Program-made: the position numbers and the translations under genes
The notes under the pieces: generated by a model
Told to the model about the DNA's origin: nothing
Seen by the model: only the letters and a program-made list of their open reading frames with translations
Databases searched by the model: none
Shown: piece after piece, positions 12,871-23,419 of the stretch
How positions within the stretch are numbered: the first letter of the stretch is position 1
How the letters are laid out: every line of letters begins with the position of its first letter
Source of the DNA: Malacoraja senta
Taxonomy: Eukaryota
Length of the DNA: 64,000 bases
Assembly: GCA_038087875.1 (NCBI GenBank)
Contig: JAXLNO010000446.1
Span: forward strand, 806,001-870,000
Direction of reading: 5' to 3'

Positions 12871-13305
12871 GTTGGATGATCAGCCATGATCATATTGAAT
12901 GGCGGTGCAGGCTCGAAGGGCCGAATGGCCTACTCCTGCACCTATTTTCTATGTATCTATGTATCCTTCCCTGAATATTGAATATTCCTGGATTTTCAGC
13001 TCCCAGCCTTGGTCACCCTGGAGCCATTTCTCCATGATCCCAACTATATCATAGTCATTAATAGCTTTCTGCACATTCAACTCATCCACCTTATTACGAA
13101 TGCTCTTTGCATTGAGACACAAAGCAAAGTGTCTTTACAAACTCTTACCCCTTATGGAATTATTTTGAAAAATGGCCCTTTTTGATTTTTGCCCTGGATT
13201 TGTCTGCCTACCACTTTTACTTTTCACCTTGCTACCTATTGCTTCTACCCTCATTTTACACCTCTCTCTGCTCACACATTTAAGAAACCCACCACCTCTT
13301 ATACT

Positions 13306-13393
13306 GAAGAAGGGTTTCGGCCCGAAACGTTACCTATTTCCTTCGCTCCATAGATGCTGCTGCACCCCGTGAGTTTCTCCAGCATTTTTGTGT
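13306..13393 (+). mobile_element. 88-bp Penelope-terminus mini-insertion containing a hammerhead core
   Basis: 12-bp direct repeat ACCTCTTATACT at 13294-13305 and 13394-13405; matches the Penelope terminus at 44170-44262. Confidence 0.9.
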
Positions 13394-14899
13394 ACCTCTT
13401 ATACTCTGTTTATTATCTTTTTCTTCTCCCCCCCCTACATGTTGGGTCTGAGTGCTTCCCTTCTCTGCCTCCTGCCTCACACACTGTCTACTAGTTTTCT
13501 CTATTTGAGTCCCTCCCCCAACCGTTCTAGTTTAAAGTCTCCCCAGTAGCCTTTGCGAATCTCCCCGCCAGGATATTGGTCCCCCTCGGGTTCAAGTGCA
13601 ACCCATCCTTTTTGTATAGGTCACACCTTCCCCAAAAGAGGTTCCAATGGTCTAGAAACTTGTATCCCTGCCCTCTGCACCAGTCCTCAGCCACGCATTT
13701 ATCCTCCACCTCGCTCCATTCCTACTCTCACTGTCGCGTGGCACAGGCAGTAATCCTGAGATTGTTACCTTTGCGGTCCTTCTCCTTAACCCTCTTCCTA
13801 ACTCCCTAAATTCCCCTTTCAGGACCTCTTCCCTTTTTCTACCTATGTCATTGTACCTATATGTACCACGACCTCAGGCTCCTCTCCCTCCCATTTCAGG
13901 ATATCTTGGACACGTTCAGACACATCCCAGACCCTGGCACCAGGGAGGCAAACTACCATCCGGGTCTCCCGACTGCGTCCACAGAATCGCCTGTCTGACC
14001 CCCTAACTATAGAGTCCCCTATTACTACTGCCCTCCTCTTCTTTTCCTTGCCCCTCTGAGCAACAGGGCCGGTCTCTGTAATGGAGGCCCGGCCGCTGTC
14101 GCTACCCCCAGGTGGGCTGTCCCCCCCCAACAGTACTCAAACAAGAGTACTTATTCTCAAGGTTTACAGCCACCGGGGTACTCTCTAGTCCCTGCCTCTG
14201 CCCCTTGCCCCTCCTAACTGTGACCCACTTGTCTGTCTCACGTGGTTTTGGAGTGACCACCTCTCTATAACTCCTCTCTATGACCTCCTCACTCTCCCTG
14301 ACCAGACGGAGGTCATCGAGCTGCTGCTCCAGGTTCCTAACAGGTTCCCTTAGGAGCCCCATCTCGACGCACCTGGCGCAGATGTGGACGTATAGGAAAG
14401 ATGTTTTCAAGCTGGAAAGGGTACAGAAGAAGATTTACGAGGATGTTGCCTGGACTAGAGGGTCTGAGCTATAGGGAGAGGTTGAGTAGGCTGGGACTAT
14501 TCCTTGGAGCGCAGGAGGATGAGGGTGATCTTATAGAGGTGTATAAATGATGAGAGGACTAGATCGGGTAGATCCTCTTGCCTAGAGTAGGTGAATCGAG
14601 GACCAGAGAACATAGGTTTAAGGTGAAGGGGAAAACATTTAATAGGAATCCGAGGGATACCATTTTCACACAAAGGGTGGTGGGTGTATGGAACGAGCTG
14701 CCAGAGGAGGTAGTTGAGGCTGAGACTATCCCAACATTTAAGAGACAGTTAGACAGGTACGTGGATAGGACATGATTTGGAGGGATATGGGCCAAATGCA
14801 GATAGGTGGGACTAATGTAGCTGGGACATGTTGGACGGTGTGGGCAAGTTGGGCCGAAGGGCTGTTTCTAAGCTGCATCACTGTATGAATCTCTATGAC

Positions 14900-15067
14900 T
14901 CCAAAGACGCACAGGTTTGTGGGTTAATTGGCTTGTTATGAATGTAGAATTGTGCCTAGTGTGTGTAAGATAGTGTTAATGTGTGGGGATCACTGGTCGG
15001 TGCGAGCTCGGAGGGCTGAAGGGTCTGTTTTCCGCGCTGTCTCTAAACTACACTAAACTAAACTAAA
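14900..15067 (+). mobile_element. HE1-like SINE 3' half
   Basis: CTCCAAAGACG...GGGCTGAAGGG...(CTAAA)n tail. Confidence 0.75.
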
Positions 15068-15189
15068 TAAGCACAATTATATTTAAGTACAAGAGTGTAA
15101 GAATAGTAGATTACACTGAGGCAGTACACAAGAGTTGCCATGTTTCTGGTGCCATCTTATACCCTTCAAGTTGTTAAAGATGTAGAATA

Positions 15190-15490
15190 TGGAGGAGTTT
15201 ACAAGAATGATCCCAGGAATGAGTGGGTTAACAAACAGTATGATGAGCGTTTGACGGCACTGGGCCTGTACTCGCTGGAGTTTAACAGGATGAGGGGGGA
15301 ACCTCATTGAAACGTACATGGTAACGAAAGACCTGGATAGATTGACAGATACTTGATTAGTGCGGGTGTCAGAGGTTGTGGGGAGAAGGCAGCAGAATGG
15401 GGTTGAGAGGGAAAGACAGATTGATTGGGGGAGTAGATTCGATGGGCCGAATGGCCTAATTCTGCCCCTCTGATTTATGAACTTATGAAG
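15190..15490 (+). mobile_element. CR1 lineage E 3' fragment with internal deletion
   Basis: Similar to 22690-23160. Confidence 0.7.
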
Positions 15491-15637
15491 TCATGAGGTA
15501 GTAATGAGATGAGAGCGTGGCCAGGATGGTGTTGGTCTTTGATGACATTCGCTGCCTTTCGGAGGCCGTGCTTCCTGGAGATTGTAGGGCGGTCAGCGAA
15601 TGACCGGGCAGTGTCCACCACTCTCTGACGGCTTTTT

Positions 15638-15977
15638 CTGTGTCTGTGTCTGTGTCTGTGTCTGTGTCTGTGTCTGTGTCTGTGTCTGTGTCTGTGTCTG
15701 TGTCTGTGTCTGTGTCTGTGCCTGTGCCTGTGCCTGTGTCTGTGTCTGTGTCTGTGTCTGTGTCTGTGTCTGTGTCTGTGTCTGTGCCTGTGCCTGTGCC
15801 TCTGTCTCTGCCTCTGCCTCTGCCTCTGCCTCTGTCTCTGCCTCTGCCCTCTGCCTCTGCCTCTGCCTCTGCCTCTGCCTCTGCCTCTGTCTCTGCCTCT
15901 GCCTCTGCCTCTGCCTCTGCCTCTGCCTCTGTCTCTGCCTCTGCCTCTGCTCTGCCTCTGCCTCTGCCTCTGCCTCC
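15638..15977. repeat. Compound hexanucleotide microsatellite (TGTGTC)n/(TGTGCC)n/(TGCCTC)n
   Basis: Directly visible; explains the repetitive ORFs at 15475-16195. Confidence 0.97.
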
Positions 15978-16346
15978 ATTCTGTTGTGCATTGTTGCACA
16001 TGACTGCCATGTCAGAGATAGGGTGGGATTTATTTCTTTGCGTCTGAGCTGCTGTTCCCCGTGTCCGTGTTTAATGGAGTAATGTGGTAACGCTGTTGAT
16101 TGGTGCCAATTAGAACGTGTGAGACAGTGTTGGTGGTGAATTGGAGTGCGGCAGGGTTGCGGCTCTGCATCGCATGCCAGCCCGTTTCCATGCACGCTGG
16201 CAGCCGGTGCATTTACAAGATGCTAATCGCTGCCTGATTGGCAGCCTGATCCTTGAAGGGCAGAGAGCATCTTCACTCCTTGTAAACGGTTTATCAAACA
16301 AACCAGCTCAAAGCCCACGTGTCACTTGCTAAACAGCCCTCAGAAT

Positions 16347-16475
16347 AAATGAATGAATGAATGAAGTTTATTGGCCAAGTATTCACATACAAGGAATTTG
16401 CCTTGGTGCTCTGCCCACAAGTGACAACATGACATACAGTGACAGCTAGGAATGACACACAAAACATCAAACATG
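16347..16475 (-). mobile_element. Rex/Babar 3' end with (ATTC)n tail
   Basis: Reverse-complement match to 17985-18075. Confidence 0.8.
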
Positions 16476-16593
16476 GGAAGTCCCATAAAGGTGGGAAGAC
16501 AGAAATAATACTGGTTTTATTGTCTGCTATAATTATAAAACTAAGATATTACCCAAGAATTATTCTGTGGTAAGTCCAATATCACCTGATTCT

Positions 16594-16960
16594 CAGTCTG
16601 AAGGAGTGTCTCAACCCGAAACATCATCCATTCCTTCTCTCCAGAGATGCTGCCTGTCCCGCTGCGTTAGTCCTGCATTTTGTGTCTATCTTCGGTGTAA
16701 ACCAGCACCTGCAGTTCTCCCAACACCAATATCAACATTAGTCAATGGACAATATTTATCGTTTAAGAAGGGACTGCAGAGGCTGGAAAATCGAAGGGAG
16801 ACAAAATGCTGCAGAAAATCAGAGGGTGAGGCAGCATCTATGGAGCGAAGGAAATAGGCAATATTCTGAAGAAGGGTTTCGACCCGAAACGTTGCCTATT
16901 TCCTTCGCTCCATAGATGCTGCCTCCCGCTGAGTTTCTCCAGCATTTTTTGTCTACCCTC
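16594..16960. mobile_element. Penelope terminus fragments: + copy 16594-16720 and an inverted pair 16760-16861(-)/16864-16960(+)
   Basis: Both arms of the pair match 44170-44295; hammerhead core CTGAAGAAGGGTTTCGACCCGAAACGTT at 16866. Confidence 0.85.
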
Positions 16961-17234
16961 CACGTAATTACTTGGTGGCAGCTTAACAAACTTGTAAATA
17001 CAATAACACACAGATAAATATCAAATAGTCATGAGTCAGGAGGGTTTAATGTGTCATATGGACCAAAATAGAATAATTACATTCTTACTTGCAGCAGCTT
17101 TACAAGATCATAAAAGCAACACGCGGACAAATATATAAGAGAATTTAAATTTAAATATCTTATGAACCAACAACAGAACAACGACATTCTCATGTGCTGC
17201 AGCTCACAGGGACTTAAATACAACAACACACAGT

Positions 17235-17370
17235 GGGCGGCATGGTGGTGCAGCGGTAGAGTTGCTGCCTCACAGCTCCAGAGACCCGGGTTCCATCCTG
17301 ACTACGGGTGCTGTCTGTACGGAGTTTACACTTTCTCCCCGTGACCTGCGTGGGTTTTCTCCGGGTGTTG
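17235..17370 (+). mobile_element. HE1-like SINE 5' half
   Basis: A and B boxes plus start of V-domain. Confidence 0.8.
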
Positions 17371-17449
17371 CAAGTCACAATTTCATCAGGTTTATCAGTG
17401 GTCGGGGATCAAGGGAAGGCAGGAAGGGTCATTTAGAGTTTGTACAGAC

Positions 17450-18530
17450 ACAGAAATTGGAGGAACAGCACCTCATATTTGGGCAGCTTACAACCCAGCG
17501 GTATGAACGTTGTTTTATCTAACTTCAAATAACTCCTACATTAGGGTCCAATTCTACACGGCCATCGTAGAGTCTGTCCTCACCTTCTCCATCATGGTCT
17601 GGTTTGGCTCAGCCACCAAGCACGACATCTGGAGGCTGCAGCGAATCGTCCAATCAGCAGAGAAGATTATTGGCTGCAACCTTCCCTCCATTGATGAACT
17701 GTGCACTGCAAGGGCCAGGAAGCGAGCGGGTAAGATCATCTCTGACCCCTCTCACCCTGGCCACAAACTCTTTGAATCACTTCCCTCTGGAAGGCGACTC
17801 CGGATTGTCAAAGCCGCCACAGCCACACATAAAAAACAGTTTTTATCCCACGAGTAGTTGCTCTACTCAACAGCCAAAAATCTGTAGCCTCCCTTTGATC
17901 TGGTATTTTGTTGGTTCACATGCTTGATCAATGGTGTTTTAACATTAATGTTTTATTATTATTAATGGTTTAGTGTTTTCTGAGTCATTCGTAACTGTCA
18001 CTGTATGTCATGTTGTTACTTGTGGGCGGAGCACCAAGGCAAATTCCTTGTATGTGAATACTTGGCCAATAAACATACTTACTTACTTACATTACCCCCT
18101 CCCTCCCTCCCCCACCCGAATCGTCTGACCTGTTCCACTGTTTGAATTAATATATCCACATCGTTAACACTTCTTCCTCAGCCAACAATGTCCAATTGTG
18201 GGCTTCACCCTTCCTCAGGTCATCTGGAGCTGGCCCAGATTTGTACTAGCCCTTTCCCAATTCTAGTTATCCCCCCGCCCCTCTCCCCAACCCCACAACA
18301 TCTGTTGTTCTGTCTGAAGAAGGGTTCCGACCCAAAACATCACCTATCCATGTTCTCCCAGAGATGCTGCCTGACCCGCTGAGTTACTCCAGCACTCTGT
18401 GAAACGTCACCTATCCATGTTCTCCACAGATGCTGCCTGACCCGCTGAGTTACTCCCAGCACTCTGTGAAACGTCACCTATCCATGTTCTCCACAGATGC
18501 TGCCTGACCCGCTGAGTTACTCCAGCACTT
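17450..18530 (+). mobile_element. Penelope 3' remnant (GIY-YIG C-terminus, UTR, degenerate hammerhead at 18314, three 66-bp units), interrupted by Rex
   Basis: KLEEQHLIF matches KLEEMHLIY of ORF 43764-44051; array at 18334-18530. Confidence 0.75.
17544..18090 (+). mobile_element. Rex1/Babar LINE 3' fragment
   Basis: QFYTAIVESVLTFSIMVWFG...DPSHPGHKLF; near-identical to 45795-46310; TACATTA duplicated at 17537-17543 and 18088-18094. Confidence 0.9.
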
Positions 18531-18534
18531 ATCT

Positions 18535-20155
18535 ATCATAGAGTAGAAAACGTCCCTTCGTCCCAACTTGCCCGCAACGGCCAACATGTCCCATCTACAC
18601 TAGTCCCACCTGCCTGCATTTGGCCCACAACCCTCCAAACCTGTCCTATCCATGTACCTGTCTAACTGTTTCTTAAATGTTGGGACAGTCCCAGCCTCAA
18701 CTACCTCCTCTGGCAGCTCGTTCCATACACCCACCACCGTTTGTGTGAAAAAGTTACCCCTCAGAATTCCTATTAAATCTTTACCCCTTCACTTTAAACC
18801 TATGCCCTCTGGTCCTCTGGGAAAGAGACCCGATCTACTCCTCTTGTGATTTTATACGTCAACCGGCATCTGTGGTTCTTTGTTTCTCCAACCATTCATG
18901 GTACTTCTGTGCGCGTGACATAACTCAACTGAACTAAACTAAATGAAACTGAACTGAAAACTGCACGCAATACTCCAATTGCAGCATCTTCCACAGAATC
19001 AAATAATTGATTGAACAGTGTAGCAGAGTCTGGATGATTTTATCTCAGCTGTGATGTTCACAAAGGCATTAGCCAAATGTTGAAAACTAGAATTTATCCT
19101 CTTGAACAATAACTACACTGTGAGCAAGAAGCAACAGAAGCAATGTTGGCAATTGTCAATATTGCAGATGTATTTTTACACCGGAGACTGTCTCACAGTC
19201 CAGCATACTGAGTCGTATTCAGAAGATTTTTCAAAGTTGTAGAGTTGAACTCTAATGATGAATTTAGAGTCACACAGTACAGAAACAGGACGTGTTCGCC
19301 CAACTTGTTCATGATGACCAAGATGTCCCATCTTAGCCCACCCCACCTACCAGTGCTTGGCCCGTATCCCTCTAAACCTTTGCTATCCATGTAGCTGTCA
19401 ACAGTTATTTTAGATGTTGTTGTAGTACCTCCCCCAGCAGCTCATTCCATGCACCCAACACCCTCGGGTTCCTATTAAATCTTTGCCTCCCACCATAAAT
19501 CTATGCCCCTAGTTTAGTTTAGTTTAGGTTAGAGATACAGTGCGGAAACAAGCCCTTTGGCCCACCGGGTCCGTGCCGACCAGCGATCCCCGCACAATAA
19601 CACCATCCTACACACACTAGGGGCAATTTGCATTTACACCAAGCCAGTTAACCTGCAAACCTGTACGTCTTTGGAGTGTGGGAGGAAACCGGAGCATCCA
19701 GAGAAAACCCATGCAGGTCAAGGGGAGAACGTGCAAACTCCGTACAGACAGCACCCGTAGTCAGGATGGAACCCGGGTCTCTGGTGTTGTGAGGTAGCAA
19801 CTCTACCGCTGCGCCACCGTGACGCTTTAGTTCTTAATTCTCCTAGAGTGGGTAAAAGACTGTGTACATTCAACCTATGGATTCCCTTCCTGATTTTATG
19901 CACCCTTTCAATATCATCCCTCATCCTCCAGCGCCACAAGGTATAAAGTCCTCGCCTGCACATCCTCTCCCTGTAGCCAGGCCCTTGAATCCTGGATTTG
20001 TGAAGGGAAGGTCCTCCTAGAGGAGTCAGGGGATATGGGGAGAAGGCAGGAACGGGGTACTGATTGTGGATGATCAGCCATGATCACATTGAATGGCGGT
20101 GCTGGCTCGAAGGGCCGAATGGCCTACTCCTGCACCTATTGTCTATTGTCTACCT
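18535..20155. mobile_element. Cluster of CR1 3' fragments (18535-18860 -, 19265-19995 -, 20020-20155 +) with a nested full-length HE1-like SINE (19510-19822 -)
   Basis: Similarity to other in-window CR1 3' ends; SINE has tRNA head, V-domain and (CTAAA)n tail. Confidence 0.75.
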
Positions 20156-20282
20156 GTCTAATCCAATTCAAATCCATAAATAGGAACGAGATCAATGGGG
20201 ATAAGTTCATCGAATGTGGGTCCCTCCTCATCACCGTTGTCTGGGCTCCCAGCTATGCTTGTTCCAAGAGCCAGTCTGATGC

Positions 20283-21881
20283 AGGTACAGCATAGAGGGG
20301 TACAACACAGAGGGGTACAGAATAGAGGGGTACAGCACAGAGGGGTACAACACAGAGGGGTACAGCATAGAGGGGTACAGCATAGAGGGGTACAGCATAG
20401 AGGGGTACAACAGAGGGGTACAACAGAGGGGTACAACAGAGGGGTACAGCATTAAGTGGTACAGCACAGAGGTGTACAACACAGAGGGGTACAGCACAGA
20501 GGGGTACAGCATAGAGGGGTTCAACATAGAGGGGTTCAACATAGAGGGGTACAGCATAGAGGGGTACAGCATAGAGGGGTACAGCATAGAGGGGTACAGC
20601 ATAGAGGGGTACAGCACAGAGGGGTACAACACAGAGGGGTACAACAGAGGGGTACAACAGAGGGGTACAACAGAGGGGTACAGCATAGAGGAGTACAGCA
20701 TAGAGGGGTACAGCACAGAGGGGTACAACACAGAGGGGTACAACACAGAGGGGTACAACACAGAGGGGTACAACACAGAGGGGTACAGCACAGAGGGGTA
20801 CAACACAGAGGGGTACAACAGAGGGGTACAACAGAGGGGTACAGCATAGAGGAGTACAGCATAGAGGGGTACAGCACAGAGGGGTACTGCACAGAGGGGT
20901 ACAACATAGAGGGGTACAACACAGAGGGGTACAACACAGAGGGGTACAACACAGAGGGGTACAACAGAGGGGTACAGCACAGAGAGGGGTACAACACAGA
21001 GGGGTACAGCACGGAGGCTGGTCCAGCACACAGAGGGGTACAACACAGAGGGGTACAACACAGAGGGGTACAACACAGAGGGGTACAACACAGAGGGGTA
21101 CAACACAGAGGGGTACAACACAGAGGGGTACAGCACAGAGGGGTACAGCACAGAGGGGTACAGCACGGAGGCTGGTCCAGCACAGAGAGGGGTACAGCAC
21201 AGAGGGGTACAACACAGAGGGGTACAACACAGAGGGGTACAACACAGAGGGGTACAACACAGAGGGGTACAACACAGAGGGGTACAACACAGAGGGGTAC
21301 AACACAGAGGGGTACAACACAGAGGGGTACAACACAGAGGGGTACAGCACAGAGGGGTACAACACAGAGGGGTACAACACAGAGGGGTACAACACAGAGG
21401 GGTACAACACAGAGGGGTACAACACAGAGGGGTACAACACAGAGGGTACAACACAGAGGGGTACAGCACAGAGCTGGTCCAGCACACAGAGGGTACAACA
21501 CAGAGGGGTACAACAGAGGGGTACAACACAGAGGGGTACAGCACAGAGGGGTACAAACACAGAGGGGTACAGCACAGAGGGGTACAACACAGAGGGGTAC
21601 AGCACAGAGGCTGGTCCAGCACACAGAGGGGTACAACACAGAGGGGTACAACAGAGGGGTACAACCACAGAGGGTACAGCACAGAGGGGTACAACACAGA
21701 GGGGTACAGCACAGAGGCTGGTCCAGCACACAGAGGGGTACAACACAGAGGGGTACAACAGAGGGGTACAACACAGAGGGGTACAGCACGGAGGCTGGTC
21801 CAGCACACAGAGGGGTACAACACAGAGGGGTACAACAGAGGGGTACAACACAGAGGGGTACAACACAGAGGGGTACAGCAC
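20283..21881. repeat. 15-bp minisatellite (GGGGTACAACACAGA)n, about 1.6 kb
   Basis: Directly visible with CAGCAT/CAGCAC variants, 13-bp deletion units and recurrent GCTGGTCCAGCAC variants. Confidence 0.97.
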
Positions 21882-22134
21882 CGTCTGAATGCTTTATTGT
21901 CACATGCGACAAGTCATAGAAAAATTCTTTGCTTGCAAGGTATGCAAATAGTGGCCACGTAGAGGGGCCTTACAAAGCTACAAACTACCACCATGCCCGG
22001 TCTTCCTCTGTTCTCCCCCATCCTCCACCCCCTCCCCCCCTCATGGCAGCCCCCCCCCCCACGCTGGGTACTTCTTTGTTCCTCCCTTCATTAGTCCAAG
22101 ATGTCCATGCCAAAACCAGTAGACTAGTGGAGTT

Positions 22135-23180
22135 CCTCCAGGGTCGGTGCTGGGGCCGCTTCTCTTCACATTGTATATTAATGATTTGGACGAAGGGATT
22201 GAAGGCTTTGTGGCCAAGTTTGCAGATGGTGCTGAGATAGGTGGAGGGGCAGGCAGTGTAGAGGAAGCAAGGACTCTGCAGAAGAGCTTGGACAGGTTCG
22301 GAGAGCGGACAGAGAAGTGGCAGATGAAATTCAGAGTAGCAAAGTGCGGGGTCGTGCATTTTGGTAATAATAATAAAGCCGTGGATTATCTTTTTCTAAC
22401 TGGAGAGAGAATTCATAAATCGGAGGTGCAAAGGGACTTGGGAGTGCTGGTGCAGGATTCCCAATTCCCTTTTGCACCTCTGATTTTCTGGATTCTCACT
22501 CCATTCATTAAAGTCAAATCGGTAGTAAAGAAGGCAAATTCAATGCCAGCATTTATATCAAGAGGACTGGAATACAAAAACAGGGATGTAATGCTGAGGC
22601 TCTATAAGGCGCTGGTCAGGCTGCATTTGGAATATTGTGAGCAAATTTGGGCCCCGTATCTGAGGAAGGATGTGCTGGCTCTGGAGAGGGTACAGAGGAG
22701 GTTTACAAGAACGATCCCAGGAGTGAGTGGGTTAGCATATGATGAGTGTTTGGCAGCACCGGGCCTGTTACTCGCTGGAGTTTAGAAGGTTGAGGGGGGG
22801 ACCTCATTGAAACTTAAAGAATAATGAAAGGCCTGGATAGAGTGGATGTGGAGAGGATGTTTCCATTAGTGGGAAGTCTTGGACCAGAGGTCAAAGCCTC
22901 AGAATTAAAGGGCGCTCTTTTAGAAAGGAGGTGAGGAGGAACTTCTTTAGTCAGAGGGTAGTTAATCTGTGGAACTCATTGTCACAGAGCTTTGGAGGCC
23001 AAATGAGTGGATATCTTTAAGGCAGAGATAATTTCTTGATTAGAATGGGTGTCAAGGGTTATGGGGAGAAAGCAGGAGAATGGGATTAGGAGGCAGAGAT
23101 CAGCCATGATTGAATGGCGGAGTGGACTCGATGGGCCGAATGGCCTAATTCTACTCCTATAATTCTACTCCTATAATGAA
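22135..23180 (+). mobile_element. CR1 lineage E RT to 3' end
   Basis: ORF 22147-22785 (LGPLLFTLYINDL, AKFAD, RLHLEYC); GGCCGAATGGCC 3' hairpin. Confidence 0.9.
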
Positions 23181-23189
23181 CCATGATGC

Positions 23190-23406
23190 TGTGGTGCTTG
23201 GGTCTCTAAAGGAAGCACGAAGTCCAGTGTTTTGAGAGGCACCTTTAATTATGTTCCTCCCGGCTGTAGGGAAGACCAAACCAAGAGAAAGATGGCACCC
23301 AAACCCCTGCCTTTAACCCTCTGGCTAAGGGCCGCCTCCGGACTGAACCACTCCCGTGCCGAGGGGTTCGACAGGTATGATGGCACGACCCTTGGGAACC
23401 GCCACA
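23190..23406 (-). repeat. 3' LTR (217 bp) with adjacent polypurine tract at 23407-23420
   Basis: First ~103 nt are repeated from 25679; minus-strand GGGGGGGAGTCC abuts the LTR. Confidence 0.9.
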
Positions 23407-23419
23407 GGACTCCCCCCCC

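Larger units (their letters stand above)
8602..12961 (+). mobile_element. Full-length, disabled CR1 lineage A LINE (5' UTR, ORF1, ORF2, 3' UTR, CTATGTAT tail)
   Basis: All domains in order; flanked by TATCC (8597-8601 and 12962-12966); the host minus-strand CR1 is continuous across it. Confidence 0.95.
5847..14390 (-). mobile_element. Near full-length CR1 lineage A on minus strand (5847-8601 and 12962-14390), 5' truncated in ORF1
   Basis: ORFs 6115-6969 (RT, KFADD), 6930-7241, 7297-7659, 7680-8567 (APE endonuclease, GDFN/SDH), 13527-14410 (ORF1 leucine zipper and esterase); tail at 5847. Confidence 0.93.
5281..14901 (+). mobile_element. CR1 lineage D RT fragment in two pieces (5281-5846 and 14391-14901), split by an 8.5-kb nested block
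   Basis: GVPQGSVLG and SKFAD motifs in the left piece; sequence resumes at 14391; TATAG duplicated at 5842-5846 and 14391-14395. Confidence 0.85.

Noticed and set aside
15475..16195. RQ/RH/AE/CV-repeat ORFs
   Set aside because: Translations of a stop-free hexamer microsatellite
20158..21919. 450-540 aa Cys-rich (CCTPL)n keratin-associated-like ORFs
   Set aside because: 15-bp minisatellite open in several frames on both strands, with frame-breaking 13-bp units
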